A DNA stretch of 62,284 nucleotides from a virus: IMG/VR virus record IMGVR_UViG_2919730853_000001, positions 1 through 62,284 of that record, one strand, 5' to 3'. Positions 1 through 8,396 of this stretch are shown here, in pieces. Under the pieces are notes generated by a model. It saw only the letters and a program-made list of their open reading frames with translations. It was not told the origin of the DNA and did no database searches. How positions within the stretch are numbered: position 1 is the first letter of the stretch; every line of letters begins with the position of its first letter. The position numbers and the translations under genes are program-made.

Positions 1-95
1 CCCCCATATAATACCCCCTATATAGCACCCCCTATATGTACCCCTACCTATATACCAGTAGTAGTAGTGGTAGTAGTACCCATACCAGTACACCA
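1..95. repeat. Terminal direct repeat, copy A (identical to 62190..62284)
   Basis: The first 95 nt of the window match the last 95 nt letter for letter. Confidence 0.9.
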
Positions 96-330
96 GCACC
101 AGCACACAGGCAAGGCAGTGAGGCAAGGCAGTAGACAGACAGGCAGGGCACACCATACCCACTACCCATACCCCATACCCATGCACACATACACTTCCAC
201 AACTCAAGACATGTGAAAGTGAAAGCGAAACAGCGAAACAACAACATCAATTCACTTCCAAAAGTGTCACCACAATACACCCACATATCCACCCCCATAC
301 ACCCCATATATACCTAGTGATAACGCTGGA
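1..330 (+). repeat. Non-coding C/A-rich mosaic of short tandem repeats (continues from 62100..62284)
   Basis: CCCC(C)TATAT units about every 13 nt; (AGT)n at 57-78; GGCAAGGCAGT x2 at 109-132; ATACCC-type units at 155-180; GTGAAA/GCGAAACA units at 213-246. No RBS-led ORF. Confidence 0.7.
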
Positions 331-538
331 ATAGAAACTAGAATGCAAGAAGGGGTACAACAGGGGAGGCACACCCCCTACACCCCCCGGACTGATCCCT
401 GCAAAATATTTATACAATTTTTGAAACTATTGATACCAGTTACTTCCAGTAGGGTAAGGGGTACTTACTGAAAACACTGCTGCTTAATAGTGCGGCCCTG
501 TAAAAAAATTTTTGCGAAATTTTTCTAATTCTTTTCCG

Positions 539-566
539 TGTCCTAAAAGTAGATCAGCTTGCAAGT
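539..566 (+). promoter_or_regulatory. Phage-specific bipartite promoter-like motif TGTCCT-N16-GCAAGT (copy 1)
   Basis: Exact motif and spacing, 22 nt upstream of the ATG at 588. Confidence 0.6.
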
Positions 567-587
567 CTCCACACGGAGGCGATAAAA

Positions 588-1334
588 ATGAATGAAATTA
601 TTGAAACTATCAAATACGGAATTGAACCATACGAAATTAAGAAAGAACTTAAATTTGAGTTATTGACTGAACCAACAGAGATTCCAAAGGGTTCAGGGCT
701 ATACATGATTATGTCCGGTGACAAAGTGCTTTACATTGGAGAGTCTTCAGTTTTGCGTCGAAGAGTACATGCACATATGAGAGGGTCTGACGTTACTGAA
801 AAGTTCATGGAAGAGTGGACACATATTCTAATCACTAAATCGGAAATGAATAAGAATGTACGCACTTTAGCTGAATCACTTCTTATTGAAAAGTACAGCC
901 CTAAATACAACACGTCGGACACTAAGCGTTTAATCGATAAGTACGGAAGTATGGAAGTAGTTATGGATTTAGTCTACTACTTACGTGTAGTTGGCTTAGA
1001 GTTTGCGTATGTTGCTGAAGAGTTCAATATAACAAGAAATGCCGTTGAGAACATAGCTAAGAAAGCTACTGCTAGTAATATAGAAGTTCCTATGGATTAT
1101 GTTCCTACAAAGAAACTGGATATGACAAGAACAAGGGCTATGCGGTCTACCATTACTAAGAGTCTTTTCTATACGGCTTATGATTATCTTCAAAAGGATG
1201 GAATTGTTCAAAGGGACTTAACACGCCTGTACGGAATTCCTGAAGGCACTATTAACGCTATTAAAAAAGCGTCCACAGAAAAATATAAACGTTGGTTAAA
1301 AGAAAGAGAAGAAAGCGAACTTACCACTGTCTAA
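588..1334 (+). CDS. GIY-YIG family endonuclease-like protein with two C-terminal HTH-like repeats
   Basis: 248 aa. Motifs GLYMI, VLYIGES, RRRVHAH and LIEKYSPKYN. RBS GGAGG lies 8 nt before the ATG. Repeated segments NITRNAVENIAKKA and IPEGTINAIKKA. Confidence 0.7.
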   Translation: MNEIIETIKYGIEPYEIKKELKFELLTEPTEIPKGSGLYMIMSGDKVLYIGESSVLRRRVHAHMRGSDVTEKFMEEWTHILITKSEMNKNVRTLAESLLIEKYSPKYNTSDTKRLIDKYGSMEVVMDLVYYLRVVGLEFAYVAEEFNITRNAVENIAKKATASNIEVPMDYVPTKKLDMTRTRAMRSTITKSLFYTAYDYLQKDGIVQRDLTRLYGIPEGTINAIKKASTEKYKRWLKEREESELTTV

Positions 1335-1354
1335 TGACGGTGGTATTTTTTTTT
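1324..1354 (+). terminator. Rho-independent terminator
   Basis: Stem CCACTGTC/GACGGTGG followed by a T9 run. Confidence 0.7.
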
Positions 1355-1376
1355 GGAATTAATTTAGTGTAAGGTA

Positions 1377-1405
1377 TTGTAATTCACAGTCATGTAGTGT
1401 AATAT
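1377..1405 (+). promoter_or_regulatory. Sigma-A-like early promoter TTGTAA-N17-TAATAT, with a GTAAGG leader at 1413-1418
   Basis: The hexamers and spacing were read directly. The leader resembles those of the early cassettes at 56-60 kb. Confidence 0.5.
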
Positions 1406-1450
1406 ACTAAGAGTAAGGAATACGAATTAAATAAACGGAGGGGACACACA

Positions 1451-1630
1451 ATGAAATCCTTTGAACAGTTAATGGCTACACAGCCGGACACGGGATTGGA
1501 CAAGCTGGATGAATTACTGGTCAAGCACATCGAGATCATGAACGCATTCAGAGAAAATCTAAGTGAAATAGTTGATTACGCTAATGAAGCAGTAATGGAA
1601 AGATATAATGAAAGAGGTAATGGACAATGA
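1451..1630 (+). CDS. Hypothetical protein (59 aa)
   Basis: Below the ORF-track length cutoff. RBS ACGGAGGGG is upstream. The stop overlaps the next start (ATGA at 1627-1630). Confidence 0.5.
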   Translation: MKSFEQLMATQPDTGLDKLDELLVKHIEIMNAFRENLSEIVDYANEAVMERYNERGNGQ

Positions 1631-2175
1631 CAACTGAAAAAGTAACTAAGAAAAAGAAATCAATCTTCAAACGCTGGTGGTTTTGGGTGGTACTAGTTAT
1701 CCTTATTGGGGCGGTTGCTTCAGGAGGAAGTGGCGACGATACGGATAAAATCACAGATGAAGGTTCTACCAGTGAAACAACTAAAGCAGATAAAGGTATC
1801 ACAAGCGAAGCAAGCACTGAACCGAAAGAGGAAGCACCAAAAGCTGAACCTACAAAAGTGTGGGAAGGTAACGGGGTTACAATCTACTTCAAGGAAGCTA
1901 ACGATGAAGGACTTAAATTCCTAGTAGAAAACACTAATGATAAGTCGGTAACAATCCAGGCTGATAGTGTATCATTGAATGGCTTCTCTTCAAATGACAT
2001 TATGATGTCTGACGACATTTCACCGAACTCTAAAGGATATGCAACTGCAATGACTTCTGAATTATCAGATGCAGGAACACCGGAAAAAGTAAGTGGTAAC
2101 TTAACAGTAATTGATTCAGATACATTTGATACAATCGCAAACGCACAGTTTACAGATGTACCAGTAAATAAGTAA
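1627..2175 (+). CDS. Membrane-anchored protein (N-terminal TM helix, S/T/E-rich linker, beta-rich C-terminal domain)
   Basis: 182-aa ORF. KKKKSIFKRWWFWVVLVILIGAV is a signal-anchor-type segment. Translationally coupled to the upstream ORF. Confidence 0.6.
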   Translation: MTTEKVTKKKKSIFKRWWFWVVLVILIGAVASGGSGDDTDKITDEGSTSETTKADKGITSEASTEPKEEAPKAEPTKVWEGNGVTIYFKEANDEGLKFLVENTNDKSVTIQADSVSLNGFSSNDIMMSDDISPNSKGYATAMTSELSDAGTPEKVSGNLTVIDSDTFDTIANAQFTDVPVNK

Positions 2176-2184
2176 AATAAGGGG

Positions 2185-2209
2185 TAGGGCTACGTGCCCT
2201 ATCTTTTTT
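2185..2209 (+). terminator. Rho-independent terminator
   Basis: Stem TAGGGC/GCCCTA followed by a T6 run. Confidence 0.6.
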
Positions 2210-2226
2210 ATTTAGGAGGAATAGTG

Positions 2227-2535
2227 ATGGAAGAGAAAGACCAAAAGGCTAGTAAGGATTTAATGGCGTTCGGAATATTGATACTAGGTTCAGGTGTTCT
2301 AACAATACTATTGTTCCTTATCTCCACGAAAAACCATGAGTTCGCAAGTATGGCTAGATTCATGTTCGCATTAACAAGTGCGTTCGGTGTCTCATTTATG
2401 ATATATATGAAAGAGTTTCGTTCTGTCGGTAACTGGTTCGAGTTGCCTATCGCATTTCGCTTCATTTGGTGGACTATCTTTGTTGGAAATACATTTAACT
2501 TTACAGAATACGCAATAACGACGTTTATCTTATAA
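2227..2535 (+). CDS. Small integral membrane protein
   Basis: RBS TAGGAGGA precedes the ATG at 2227. The track start at 2194 lies inside the terminator. Several hydrophobic helices. Confidence 0.55.
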   Translation: MEEKDQKASKDLMAFGILILGSGVLTILLFLISTKNHEFASMARFMFALTSAFGVSFMIYMKEFRSVGNWFELPIAFRFIWWTIFVGNTFNFTEYAITTFIL

Positions 2536-2556
2536 CGAGATAAGCGTCTTTTTTTT
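2520..2556 (+). terminator. Rho-independent terminator
   Basis: 10-bp stem GACGTTTATC/GATAAGCGTC followed by a T8 run. Confidence 0.7.
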
Positions 2557-2583
2557 GTCTCAAAAAGCCCCGAAACTGCAAGT
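2556..2583 (+). promoter_or_regulatory. Bipartite motif TGTCTC-N16-GCAAGT (copy 2)
   Basis: Lies directly after the terminator T-run, upstream of the methyltransferase gene. Confidence 0.55.
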
Positions 2584-2618
2584 AACCACCTGTAGCAAAA
2601 CTACAGGGAGGTTGTTAG

Positions 2619-3758
2619 ATGTATACAGTAAATTCATTTTTCTGCGGTGGCGGTGGGTTCGATTTAGGATTCATTAACGCTGGCTTTGAAGTGGTTGGGG
2701 CTTGGGACTTCGACAAATATGCAGTACAATCCTATGCACACAATATCGACACGTTAGTTAAAGAAGCAGACGTTAGTACAATGTCATGGAGAGACTTACG
2801 ACCAGCTTCAGTATGGTTGTTCGGGTTTCCGTGTCAGGATATAAGTATAGCTGGACTGAAAGCAGGAATGATTAAAGGAGAAACTAGAAGTGGTCTTTTC
2901 TATGAAATCATGCGATTGCTGCAAGAAGTTCGAACTGCTACCCCTGGATCTCTTCCTGAAATTATACTTGCCGAAAACGTCAAGGCAGTAAAGAAGTACT
3001 TACCTACGATTGAAGAAGAGTATGCCAAGGTGGGCTACAAGATGTACTACGTTCTGTACAATTCAAAGTATCAAGGTTTAGCCCAAAACAGGGAACGTTA
3101 TTTCATCTTGGGTGTTCGAGAGGATATTAAACAAACGTTTGTTTTTGAAGAACAACAGACTGAATTTGTGCCAAAACTGAAAGACTTTCTAGAAGATCAT
3201 GCCGACGAAAAGTTTTATGTAGAGGATATTAAAGCACTTCATATCATTGAAAAAGCTGAAGAAGGGCTTCGAGTAAAACAGGCTACCAAGAAAGGTTACG
3301 ATGTTGCAGTAGAGGGCGACATGATTAATGTTACCCGTCCTAATAGTAAAACAAGACGTGGCCGCATTGGAAAACAGATAGCACAAACGCTATTAACTGG
3401 TCATGAACAGGTTGTAGTTGAATCGTTACCTACTATCAATGTTCTAGGAATGTTGGACATTAACGGTCATGACAATATTCGTCGTGTCTATGATGTTGAC
3501 GGGTTAAGCCCAACACTCAATACCGGAGGCGGTGGAAATCGCCAACCTAAAATTTTGGACTACGATAGATTAAAGGTAAGGAAATTAACACCGAGAGAAT
3601 TTGCTAGGCTTCAGGGTTTTCCAGAGTCATACCAACAAGTAGTATCTAACGTTCAATTCTATAAGCAGATGGGGAATGCCGTATCTGTTCCTGTAGCTGA
3701 ATTCGTGGCAGGGCAGATTAAACAGTACCTTGAATATTTAGAAATGTGTTCTAATTAA
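2619..3758 (+). CDS. dcm: DNA (cytosine-5)-methyltransferase
   Basis: FCGGGGFDLGF (motif I), FPCQDIS (IV), ENV (VI), QNRERYFILG (VIII), TPREFARLQGFP, GNAVSVPV (X). Confidence 0.9.
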   Translation: MYTVNSFFCGGGGFDLGFINAGFEVVGAWDFDKYAVQSYAHNIDTLVKEADVSTMSWRDLRPASVWLFGFPCQDISIAGLKAGMIKGETRSGLFYEIMRLLQEVRTATPGSLPEIILAENVKAVKKYLPTIEEEYAKVGYKMYYVLYNSKYQGLAQNRERYFILGVREDIKQTFVFEEQQTEFVPKLKDFLEDHADEKFYVEDIKALHIIEKAEEGLRVKQATKKGYDVAVEGDMINVTRPNSKTRRGRIGKQIAQTLLTGHEQVVVESLPTINVLGMLDINGHDNIRRVYDVDGLSPTLNTGGGGNRQPKILDYDRLKVRKLTPREFARLQGFPESYQQVVSNVQFYKQMGNAVSVPVAEFVAGQIKQYLEYLEMCSN

Positions 3759-3770
3759 TCAATATATAGA

Positions 3771-3802
3771 CCTCACTATTAATTTAGTGGGGTTCTTTTT
3801 TT
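3771..3802 (+). terminator. Rho-independent terminator
   Basis: Stem CCTCACTA/TAGTGGGG followed by a T-run. Confidence 0.7.
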
Positions 3803-3829
3803 GTCCCATTTCGCCTGAACTTCGCAAGT
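3802..3829 (+). promoter_or_regulatory. Bipartite motif TGTCCC-N16-GCAAGT (copy 3)
   Basis: Exact spacing, abutting the terminator. Confidence 0.55.
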
Positions 3830-3854
3830 GTACACAAGAAGGGAGGGCGTTAGG

Positions 3855-4364
3855 ATGATAGGTCATAGACGCATTAAGGTATGGGAAGATAATGGAGACG
3901 TGAAGGAAACAGAGGTGTACTTGCCAAACATTCGAGATATTGTAGGGTTCTTGAATGGGACGTGGGATTTAAAAATGTACGATGATTGTTTCGACGGTAA
4001 GAATAAGATGGGTGATGTAGATGCATCTATAGAACTGTTCGGTCATACGCTGCTACTTGAATTCAAACGAGATAGAACAGCTTTGACTGCTGGACAGATA
4101 GTTAAAGCAATTCGCCAAGCTAGACATAGCAACATTACAACCATCTTTGTTTTTGGCGACACGAATAGACCTCATGAGTATTTGAGATTTTCGCCTAACT
4201 GCTTGGACGGTACTGGATTCATTAAGACTGACATTATAGGACTAAGTAAGGTATTGAGATCATGGCACAATTACGCCAAGAAAAACGCCCTTACTAAAAA
4301 GAGTGACCCCGATTGGAAAACAGCGAAGAGATATTTAGCTAGTGTTGGAGGCGGTAAGAAATGA
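3855..4364 (+). CDS. Hypothetical protein with a possible PD-(D/E)xK nuclease-like core
   Basis: RBS GGGAGGG precedes the ATG at 3855. GDVDASIELFGHTLLLEFKRD matches a D..ExK pattern. The product assignment is weak. Confidence 0.5.
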   Translation: MIGHRRIKVWEDNGDVKETEVYLPNIRDIVGFLNGTWDLKMYDDCFDGKNKMGDVDASIELFGHTLLLEFKRDRTALTAGQIVKAIRQARHSNITTIFVFGDTNRPHEYLRFSPNCLDGTGFIKTDIIGLSKVLRSWHNYAKKNALTKKSDPDWKTAKRYLASVGGGKK

Positions 4365-4561
4365 AGGCATTTTTGATTGTAATGTCAGTACTATGTGTAG
4401 CTGGAATAGCGTTATTGATTTATGCCATGATTCAGGAAACTAAAAGCTGTGAAGCTAGAGGCGGTAAGATGGAAGGGAACGGGCAACACTACACTGTTAT
4501 GTCTACAGTAAATAACGTTACTACTATTTATACGTATGAAGAAATGGAGTGTACAAAATGA
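4361..4561 (+). CDS. Small membrane protein (66 aa)
   Basis: ATGA overlap with the upstream ORF. N-terminal TM helix. Confidence 0.5.
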   Translation: MKAFLIVMSVLCVAGIALLIYAMIQETKSCEARGGKMEGNGQHYTVMSTVNNVTTIYTYEEMECTK

Positions 4562-4704
4562 CTAGAGAGGAAAAGATCAAATTTATTATAGATTGTATAT
4601 GGGAAATAGAAGAGGCAGCAGTTGGTCCAGCTTATTTTGAAGACTATACTGATGAACAGTTAGATAAAGAAGTAGTATGGTACGAATATCTGTTAACTAA
4701 GTAG
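4558..4704 (+). CDS. Hypothetical protein (48 aa, acidic)
   Basis: ATGA overlap at 4558-4561. Below the ORF-track cutoff. Confidence 0.4.
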   Translation: MTREEKIKFIIDCIWEIEEAAVGPAYFEDYTDEQLDKEVVWYEYLLTK

Positions 4705-4735
4705 GCGTGGGGCTAGTCCTCACGTCTTTTTTTTT
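4704..4735 (+). terminator. Rho-independent terminator
   Basis: 9-bp stem GGCGTGGGG/CCTCACGTC followed by a T9 run. Confidence 0.7.
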
Positions 4736-4820
4736 ATGCCCGAAAACCTGTATTTGGGCGGTGTTTCTTACACCTTTTAGTAGGACGTTGCATCGGCAAC
4801 AAATTACAGGAGGTGGCACG

Positions 4821-5509
4821 GTGAACCTGAAAGGAAAAGTAAAGGGAAAGTCTTATGAAGAGTGGATTAATCGCCTTCAGGAGATTGACAACTTTCTCGA
4901 TAGAGTAAAAGAAAAAGCACAGCAAGGCAAAGAAATGTCAAGAGAAGTACTAGAACGTGCTGTAATGCTAAAGAAGGAACGGGAACAGTGCGAACGTATC
5001 ACTAGATGTTGGGGCAGTACATTAGAGTACATGTATGAATATTTTTCGCATGACAAGAATCCTGAAAATGAAAATAATTTAATTCCCGAAGGCATAGGCA
5101 TTGAGGACGCACCAGCCTTTCATAGAGAGTTAACGGACTATTTGGATAGCTACCATTCAGACCCTACACAACGCATCGCATGGAGTGTCCCACGAAGCCA
5201 TGCGAAGTCCACATACCTTTCGAATATGTACCCACTGTACAATATTGTCTATAACTTACGGTCATTCATAGTCATAGTGTCTGAAACACAAGACGGTGCT
5301 AAACTGTTCGCTGACTACGTTAACAATCAACTAAAGCACAATGCAAAACTACGTGAAGATTTTGGCGAATTAATGGACGAAACTGGACGGGGAAACATTA
5401 AGGATAATGCAGAGAAGTTTGTAACAAAGAACAATATAATGGTAGCCATTGGTTCAACGCAGAAACAATTGCGAGGCATGAAGTTCCTCAACGCGAGACC
5501 TGACTTGAT
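4821..5509 (+). CDS. terL: Terminase large subunit, exon 1 (ATPase N-terminal part with Walker A)
   Basis: GTG at 4821 follows RBS AGGAGG. Walker A PRSHAKST is at 5190-5213. The frame ends ..RPDLI, then W and a stop, unless it is spliced. Confidence 0.75.
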
Positions 5510-5773
5510 TTGGTAAAACTGGTCACTTTTAGTAGAAATACTAATCGAACATCGGGCAATATCGGTAAACGCTGAAACGCCAATACCGAGATAAGGTAGA
5601 GGAGTAAAGACCTCTACCCATCGTAACGCATAGGTGGTGAAACTGCTTGCAGAATATAACCCACCCAAGAGTGTCCGACACCTAAACGTAAAGTCGTAGG
5701 TGAAAATGTATGCTGAACTATGACGAATACAAGTCATAGAAGTAAGGATAAAAAGCCTTGCGATAACATATTG
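5510..5773 (+). ncRNA. Group I-like self-splicing intron (ORF-less) within terL
   Basis: Removing it restores RPDLIILDDLES (Walker B). It starts after a U, ends in G, and contains multiple hairpins. Confidence 0.6.
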
Positions 5774-6806
5774 CATTTTAGATGATCTCGAATCGGAGAA
5801 GAACACAAACACGCCTGAACTAAGACAGAAGAACCTAACATGGTACACCAAAGTAATTAACCCACTTGGAGACCCACAACGTACCGGTTTCATTTACATG
5901 GGTACATTGGTGAACCCTAATGGACTGCTGCCATATGTAATGCAACGTGCTGATTTCAAAGCGAAAAGATATTCGGCTATCGTTTCCCCACCTGACAACG
6001 TTGAAATGTGGGAAGAGTATGAAAGAATTTATCGTGACGTTGAAGACCCTGACCGTAAAGATAATGCGGAACATTACTACTTTATGAATCAAGAAGAAAT
6101 GGATAAGGGCACGGAAGTATTATGGCAAGACAGAATGCCTTACTACAAACTCATTCAAGAGAAATGTAACGTTGGTACAAGGGCATTCAACAGTGAGTAC
6201 TTGAATCTACCATACAGTGACGAAGACGCTATTTTCAGACAAGAGTACTTCACATTCTATGACGACAAAGACCTGTACGATGATTCAGGGCGAATGATAC
6301 CATTGGAATATTATGGATTTTGGGATGTTGCCATTACAGGTAAGGGAGACTACAACGCTATCATTACACTTGGTAGAGACCGACGCACTGGCATCTTTTA
6401 CGTTGTAGATGCATGGGCGGCAAAGGTCAATGCACATGAGGCACTTAAAATGGCAGAGAATAAAATACTTGAATACAATCATCACACATTTGGAGTTGAA
6501 ACTATTCAGGCACAATGGTCTATGTTTCAACAGTTAAAAGTTAACCTCTCTAAACGTTCGTATTTCAGAACTAGGTTGAAAGCAGTTAACCCACGTACAA
6601 AGAAAGAGATTCGTATTGAGGCACTTGAACCACTTGTAGAAGCAGGACAGATACGTTTTAAACGACAACATAGGTTATTGCTGGAAATGTTGGAATTATT
6701 TCCACAACATGAACACGATGATCTACCCGATGCATTGGCATCTTGTGTAGACATGGCTGGCACACACCGCAAAAGAATGTTTCAAAATAAACCGAAAGGC
6801 TGGTAG
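5774..6806 (+). CDS. terL: Terminase large subunit, exon 2 (Walker B and nuclease domain)
   Basis: The frame is open from 5775 (ILDDLESEKN...) and is the same frame as the 5898..6806 ORF. The C-terminal part is typical of a terminase nuclease domain. Confidence 0.75.
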
Positions 6807-6845
6807 GAAACTACCGGTCTTTTTACTTTATAAGGAGGAAAAGAA

Positions 6846-8396
6846 ATGAATTTGCAAGACCTTTTCGTTAAAGGTGAATATTTCCCTTTGACTGACCATG
6901 AAATGCGTATTCAGAAATACCGACGTAATGAAAAGCTTGCTAGAGGAGATCATGAAGAAGTTTTCCCTGAATCGGCAGAAAAGAACGAAGCGTATCTTTC
7001 AGCCAATTTTTCGGGTTTAATTGTTCGCAAGTCGAGTGATTTTCTTTTTGGTGAAGTACCTACTATTTCAAGTGGTAAAGAATCACAATCACCGGAACAA
7101 AAAGCATTAGACCGTTTCACTGAAGAAAACAAGATGCATCGCCTTAACTATCAGCAAGCACTTATTGCTGCTACAAATGGAGACGCTTTCTACAAGGTAC
7201 GTTACGGTCAAGAGTATAATGGACTGTTCCCTGAAACGGCTGACCCTAAAAGACTTATCATCGAAGCGATTGACCCTAAAAAGGTGTACCCTCAAACGTC
7301 ACCATTCGATAAGTCAAAGATTGTTGTGTATCACGTTGCTGAACCTATCCTTATTGAAGGCACAAGCGATAAGTGGTTACTACATGTTGAATCACACTAT
7401 GCTGGTAAGATTGTTTACCGTCAATTCAAATTAGATATTTTCCGTACTGATAAATTCGGAAACATTCTATTATTCAAAATCGGTGACGAGTTACCGGAAG
7501 GTTACGACGAAGAAGTAACAGGAGTTCCACTTCCATTAGTGGTTCACGTTCCGAACTACAATGACGGTATCGATTGGCACGGGCAAGATGATATTTCAGA
7601 ACACATTAAATTGTTCGATGAAATCAATAACCGTATTTCACAGATAAGTGCAATACTGGACAAACATGCAGACCCTAGCATTGCAGTCCCTTCAGGTCTA
7701 TTACAAGTAGATGGTGATGGAAACACGTACTTCAATGTTGCTGCTAACAAAGTCTTTGAGGTTATGGGTAAAGAGGATATTATTCCTCAGTATATCACTA
7801 ATTCAAATCCACAACTTGCCGAAGCATTCAAGGAGTTAGAAATGCTTATTGAGTTCTTACTATCTACTACTGAAATTCCTCCTGTTGCAGTTGGACTTAA
7901 AGACAGTGGTACAAGTGGAAACTCAGGTCTTTCAATCAAATGGAGAATGAACAGCTTAATTGCAAAAATCAATCGTAAGCGTCAATTCTTTGATGAAGGC
8001 TTAAAGAAAGTGTACCTAATTGCACAGATGCTAGAAGCATATGCAAATCCTAGTATTGTTGACTATGAAGTTACAGTACCACAAATCGGATTCAAAGAAG
8101 GTCTTCCACAGGATGATGATAGCACTGCGTCTCGTATGGCTGTTTTAACGAATGGGAGTCAATTACTATCTCAGAAAACAGCTATCATGCAAGCCTTTGG
8201 TCTTACTGAAGAACAAGCTGAAGCTGAAATGGAACGCATTAAAGAAGAGAGAGAAGCAGCAATGGTTGCTGACCCTTCTGTATTTAATGAAGCTGGTCTT
8301 CCAGAGGATGCACCACAGAACCATGTAGATAACAAACAGAAACAAGAAGAAAAGCCTGGACAAAAAGAGGACAAGAAGAAGGAGGAAGATAAGTAA
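6846..8396 (+). CDS. Portal protein
   Basis: 516 aa, directly after terL. SPP1-type portal size and position, with an acidic/basic C-terminal tail. Confidence 0.8.
   Translation: MNLQDLFVKGEYFPLTDHEMRIQKYRRNEKLARGDHEEVFPESAEKNEAYLSANFSGLIVRKSSDFLFGEVPTISSGKESQSPEQKALDRFTEENKMHRLNYQQALIAATNGDAFYKVRYGQEYNGLFPETADPKRLIIEAIDPKKVYPQTSPFDKSKIVVYHVAEPILIEGTSDKWLLHVESHYAGKIVYRQFKLDIFRTDKFGNILLFKIGDELPEGYDEEVTGVPLPLVVHVPNYNDGIDWHGQDDISEHIKLFDEINNRISQISAILDKHADPSIAVPSGLLQVDGDGNTYFNVAANKVFEVMGKEDIIPQYITNSNPQLAEAFKELEMLIEFLLSTTEIPPVAVGLKDSGTSGNSGLSIKWRMNSLIAKINRKRQFFDEGLKKVYLIAQMLEAYANPSIVDYEVTVPQIGFKEGLPQDDDSTASRMAVLTNGSQLLSQKTAIMQAFGLTEEQAEAEMERIKEEREAAMVADPSVFNEAGLPEDAPQNHVDNKQKQEEKPGQKEDKKKEEDK

Noticed and set aside
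44-307. 87-aa ORF on the - strand in the junction region
   Set aside because: It is the translation of the C/A-rich microrepeats (a G/W/V/C-rich, low-complexity product). It has no RBS and lies within obviously repetitive non-coding DNA.
343-471. 42-codon + strand ORF (MQEGVQQGRH...) between the repeat region and the first middle promoter
   Set aside because: There is no Shine-Dalgarno sequence upstream, the composition is odd, and it lies upstream of the promoter motif. There is not enough support to call it.
4707-4820. N-terminal extension of the terL ORF given in the ORF track (start at 4707)
   Set aside because: The extension runs through a rho-independent terminator and a promoter-like region. 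The GTG at 4821 has a proper AGGAGG RBS.
5327-5893. 188-aa - strand ORF spanning the terL interruption, considered as a possible intron-encoded homing endonuclease
   Set aside because: It is antisense to both exons and extends well beyond the intron. It has no nuclease motifs (LAGLIDADG, GIY-YIG, HNH) and no RBS.
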